Of a DNA stretch of 64,000 nucleotides, positions 62,066 to 64,000 are shown one piece after another. A program made the translations under genes and the position numbers. The notes beneath the pieces are model-generated. The model was not told where the DNA came from. It was given only the letters and a program-made list of their open reading frames with translations, and made no database searches. Numbering within the stretch: the first letter of the stretch is position 1; every line of letters begins with the position of its first letter. The DNA is from an uncultured Sphingomonadales bacterium (GTDB lineage Bacteria; Pseudomonadota; Alphaproteobacteria; Sphingomonadales; Sphingomonadaceae), in assembly GCA_903868245.1 (NCBI GenBank), contig CAIPUN010000083.1:3385-67384 (forward strand). Reading direction: 5' to 3'.

Positions 62066-62344
62066 TTATTTGTTGAGGCTTTCGCGGACTTCTTTGCCCG
62101 GTTTGAAATAGGGTACGCGCTTCGATGGCACATCGACCGATGCACCAGTGCGTGGGTTGCGGCCCTTGCGTGGACTGCGGTCGCGGGTCGAAAAGGCTCC
62201 AAAGCCGCGTAATTCAACGCGTCCACCGTCGGAAAGGCGTTGAATGATCTGGTCAAAAAACAGGTCGACGATCTTTTCGATTTCCTCTGTTTTGAGCTCC
62301 GGATTTTCGGCCTCAAGCTTTTTGATTAACTCGGAACGGATCAT
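62066..62344 (-). CDS. ihfB: Integration host factor beta
   Basis: MIRSEL, RVELRGFGAF, GRNPRTG, PYFKPGKE. Confidence 0.96.
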   Translation of the reverse strand: MIRSELIKKLEAENPELKTEEIEKIVDLFFDQIIQRLSDGGRVELRGFGAFSTRDRSPRKGRNPRTGASVDVPSKRVPYFKPGKEVRESLNK

Positions 62345-62488
62345 ATTATGTCCCTCTCTTACGGTTATCTCATAGGACGCTACGCGCTTATCAGATTTCG
62401 CTTTACAACGCTTTACAATAATCATGCACGCTGGCAGAAAATTTTCATTATTACAACGGTCTTGCAAATGTTTCGTGCCAAAGGCAGC

Positions 62489-62520
62489 AAAAAACCCGCT
62501 CCTCATGCAAGGAGCGGGTT
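62489..62520 (-). terminator. Intrinsic terminator of rpsA
   Basis: AACCCGCTCC-N8-GGAGCGGGTT followed by a T-tract on the minus strand. Confidence 0.85.
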
Positions 62521-62558
62521 TCTATTCCGCTATTTCGGATGTCGTTTTTAGCCGAAGC

Positions 62559-64000
62559 TTATTTCTTCACGCCCTTGAGTGCTTCACCCAAGATGTCGCC
62601 AAGCGATGCGCCGGAATCCGACGAACCATATTGCTCAACAGCTTGCTTTTCTTCCGCGAGCTGAAGCGCCTTGACTGAGAAGTTTGGCTTTTTCGAGCGG
62701 TCGAAACCGGTGACCATGGCATCAAACTTCTGACCAACCTGGAAGCGATCCGGACGCTGCTCGTCACGGTCACGGCCAAGGTCGGCGCGTTTGATAAAGC
62801 CAGTTGCGCCGTCTTCGCCCGCTTGCACTTCAAGTCCGCCATCGCGCACTTCAAGAACGGTCACTGTGGTGGTTCCACCCTTCTTCAAGCCGCTTACCGA
62901 AGCAGCGCCGGCTGCTGATGGGGCACCCTTTTCAAGCTGCTTGATACCAAGCGAAATGCGCTCTTTCTCGGCGTCGATGTCAAGAACGATTGCCTTAACG
63001 GTTTCGCCCTTGCGGTGAAGGTGCAAAGCTTCTTCGCCTGTGATGCCCCATGCGATGTCTGACATGTGGACCATGCCGTCAACGTCGCCGTCGAGACCAA
63101 TGAACAGACCAAATTCGGTCGCGTTCTTGACTTCACCTTCAACAGTGGAGCCAACTGGGAACTTGTCTGCGAACGATGCCCATGGATTGTCGTGCGCTTG
63201 CTTGAGACCAAGCGAAATACGACGCTTTTCCATATCGATGTCGAGAACGACAACATCGACTTCTTGTGAAGTCGAAACGATCTTGCCAGGGTGAACGTTC
63301 TTCTTTGTCCATGACATTTCCGAAACGTGAACCAAGCCTTCGATACCGGCTTCGAGTTCGATGAACGCACCGTACTCGGTGATGTTCGTGACTGCACCCT
63401 TGAGCTTTGTGCCCACTGGGTACTTGGCAACTGCTGCATCCCAAGGATCGCTTTCCAACTGCTTCATGCCAAGGCTGATGCGCTGTGTGTCCTTGTTGAT
63501 ACGGACGATCTGAACCTTGACGGTGTCACCAATGTTGATGACTTCGCTTGGGTGGTTGATACGCTTGTAGCTGATGTCGGTGACGTGCAGCAGGCCATCG
63601 ATGCCGCCCAGATCGACGAACGCACCGTAATCGGTGATGTTCTTGACAACGCCATCGATGATCTGACCTTCGGCGAGGTTCTGGATGAGGCCCGTGCGCT
63701 GCTCTGCGCGCGTTTCTTCCAATATGGCGCGACGCGATACAACGATGTTGCCACGCTTGCGGTCCATTTTGAGGATGACGAAAGGCTGGGCGATGTCCAT
63801 CAATGGCGCAACGTCACGGACGGGGCGGACGTCAACCTGGCTGCCGGGCAAGAATGCCACTGCGCCGCCAAGATCAACGGTGAAACCACCCTTCACGCGG
63901 CCGAAGATTACGCCGTCAACGCGGTTACCAGCGTCGAATTCGCCTTCAAGCACGTCCCAAGCGGCTTCGCGACGGGCGCGATCGCGGCTCAACATGGCTT
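62559..64000 (-). CDS. rpsA: 30S ribosomal protein S1; 5' part lies outside the window
   Basis: Repeated S1 domains (ITDYGAFVDLGG, ITEYGAFIEL, TEFGLFIGL); C-terminal SLGDILGEAL. Confidence 0.98.
   Translation of the reverse strand, partial: AMLSRDRARREAAWDVLEGEFDAGNRVDGVIFGRVKGGFTVDLGGAVAFLPGSQVDVRPVRDVAPLMDIAQPFVILKMDRKRGNIVVSRRAILEETRAEQRTGLIQNLAEGQIIDGVVKNITDYGAFVDLGGIDGLLHVTDISYKRINHPSEVINIGDTVKVQIVRINKDTQRISLGMKQLESDPWDAAVAKYPVGTKLKGAVTNITEYGAFIELEAGIEGLVHVSEMSWTKKNVHPGKIVSTSQEVDVVVLDIDMEKRRISLGLKQAHDNPWASFADKFPVGSTVEGEVKNATEFGLFIGLDGDVDGMVHMSDIAWGITGEEALHLHRKGETVKAIVLDIDAEKERISLGIKQLEKGAPSAAGAASVSGLKKGGTTTVTVLEVRDGGLEVQAGEDGATGFIKRADLGRDRDEQRPDRFQVGQKFDAMVTGFDRSKKPNFSVKALQLAEEKQAVEQYGSSDSGASLGDILGEALKGVKK

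Noticed and set aside
62462-62479. Sigma54-like TGGCACG...TTGCA upstream of ihfB (minus strand)
   Set aside because: The GG-to-GC spacing is 2 bp too long for a -24/-12 promoter.

Overview
Core-chromosome segment of an alphaproteobacterium. Gene content and promoter style suggest Sphingomonadales, possibly Sphingorhabdus-like (inference). It holds about 55 CDS: a kinase + acyl-CoA dehydrogenase catabolic cluster, purL, bfd-bfr, der-bamB, panB, guaA, xth-erpA, tgt-glnE-bcp, tldD, an NtrC/sigma54 glnK-amtB operon, M23 peptidase-bactofilin, proA-nadD-rsfS-rlmH, ctpA-dsbB-coq7, gltDB, uppP, tamAB, fzlA, comM, ihfB and rpsA. There are also two tRNA-Leu genes. I saw no transposase, integrase, CRISPR-cas or phage gene. 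The unexplained signal is non-coding. (1) Two anti-Shine-Dalgarno (CUCCC-loop) sRNA-like elements, one forming the 3' end of the glnK-amtB transcript. (2) A CGTC-tagged REP/REPIN family in two exact size classes (71 and 89 bp); two copies carry polarised tandem arrays of duplicated REP 'feet' with 19- and 22-bp periods. (3) A 552-bp-period cassette bounded by 52-bp direct repeats, which are REP halves with a 20-nt insert, and lined by inverted TGTAGGAAA motifs. (4) A dense cluster of GANTC (CcrM/GcrA-type) sites upstream of the M23-bactofilin operon. All calls come from reading the sequence and the ORF track; no database searches were run.
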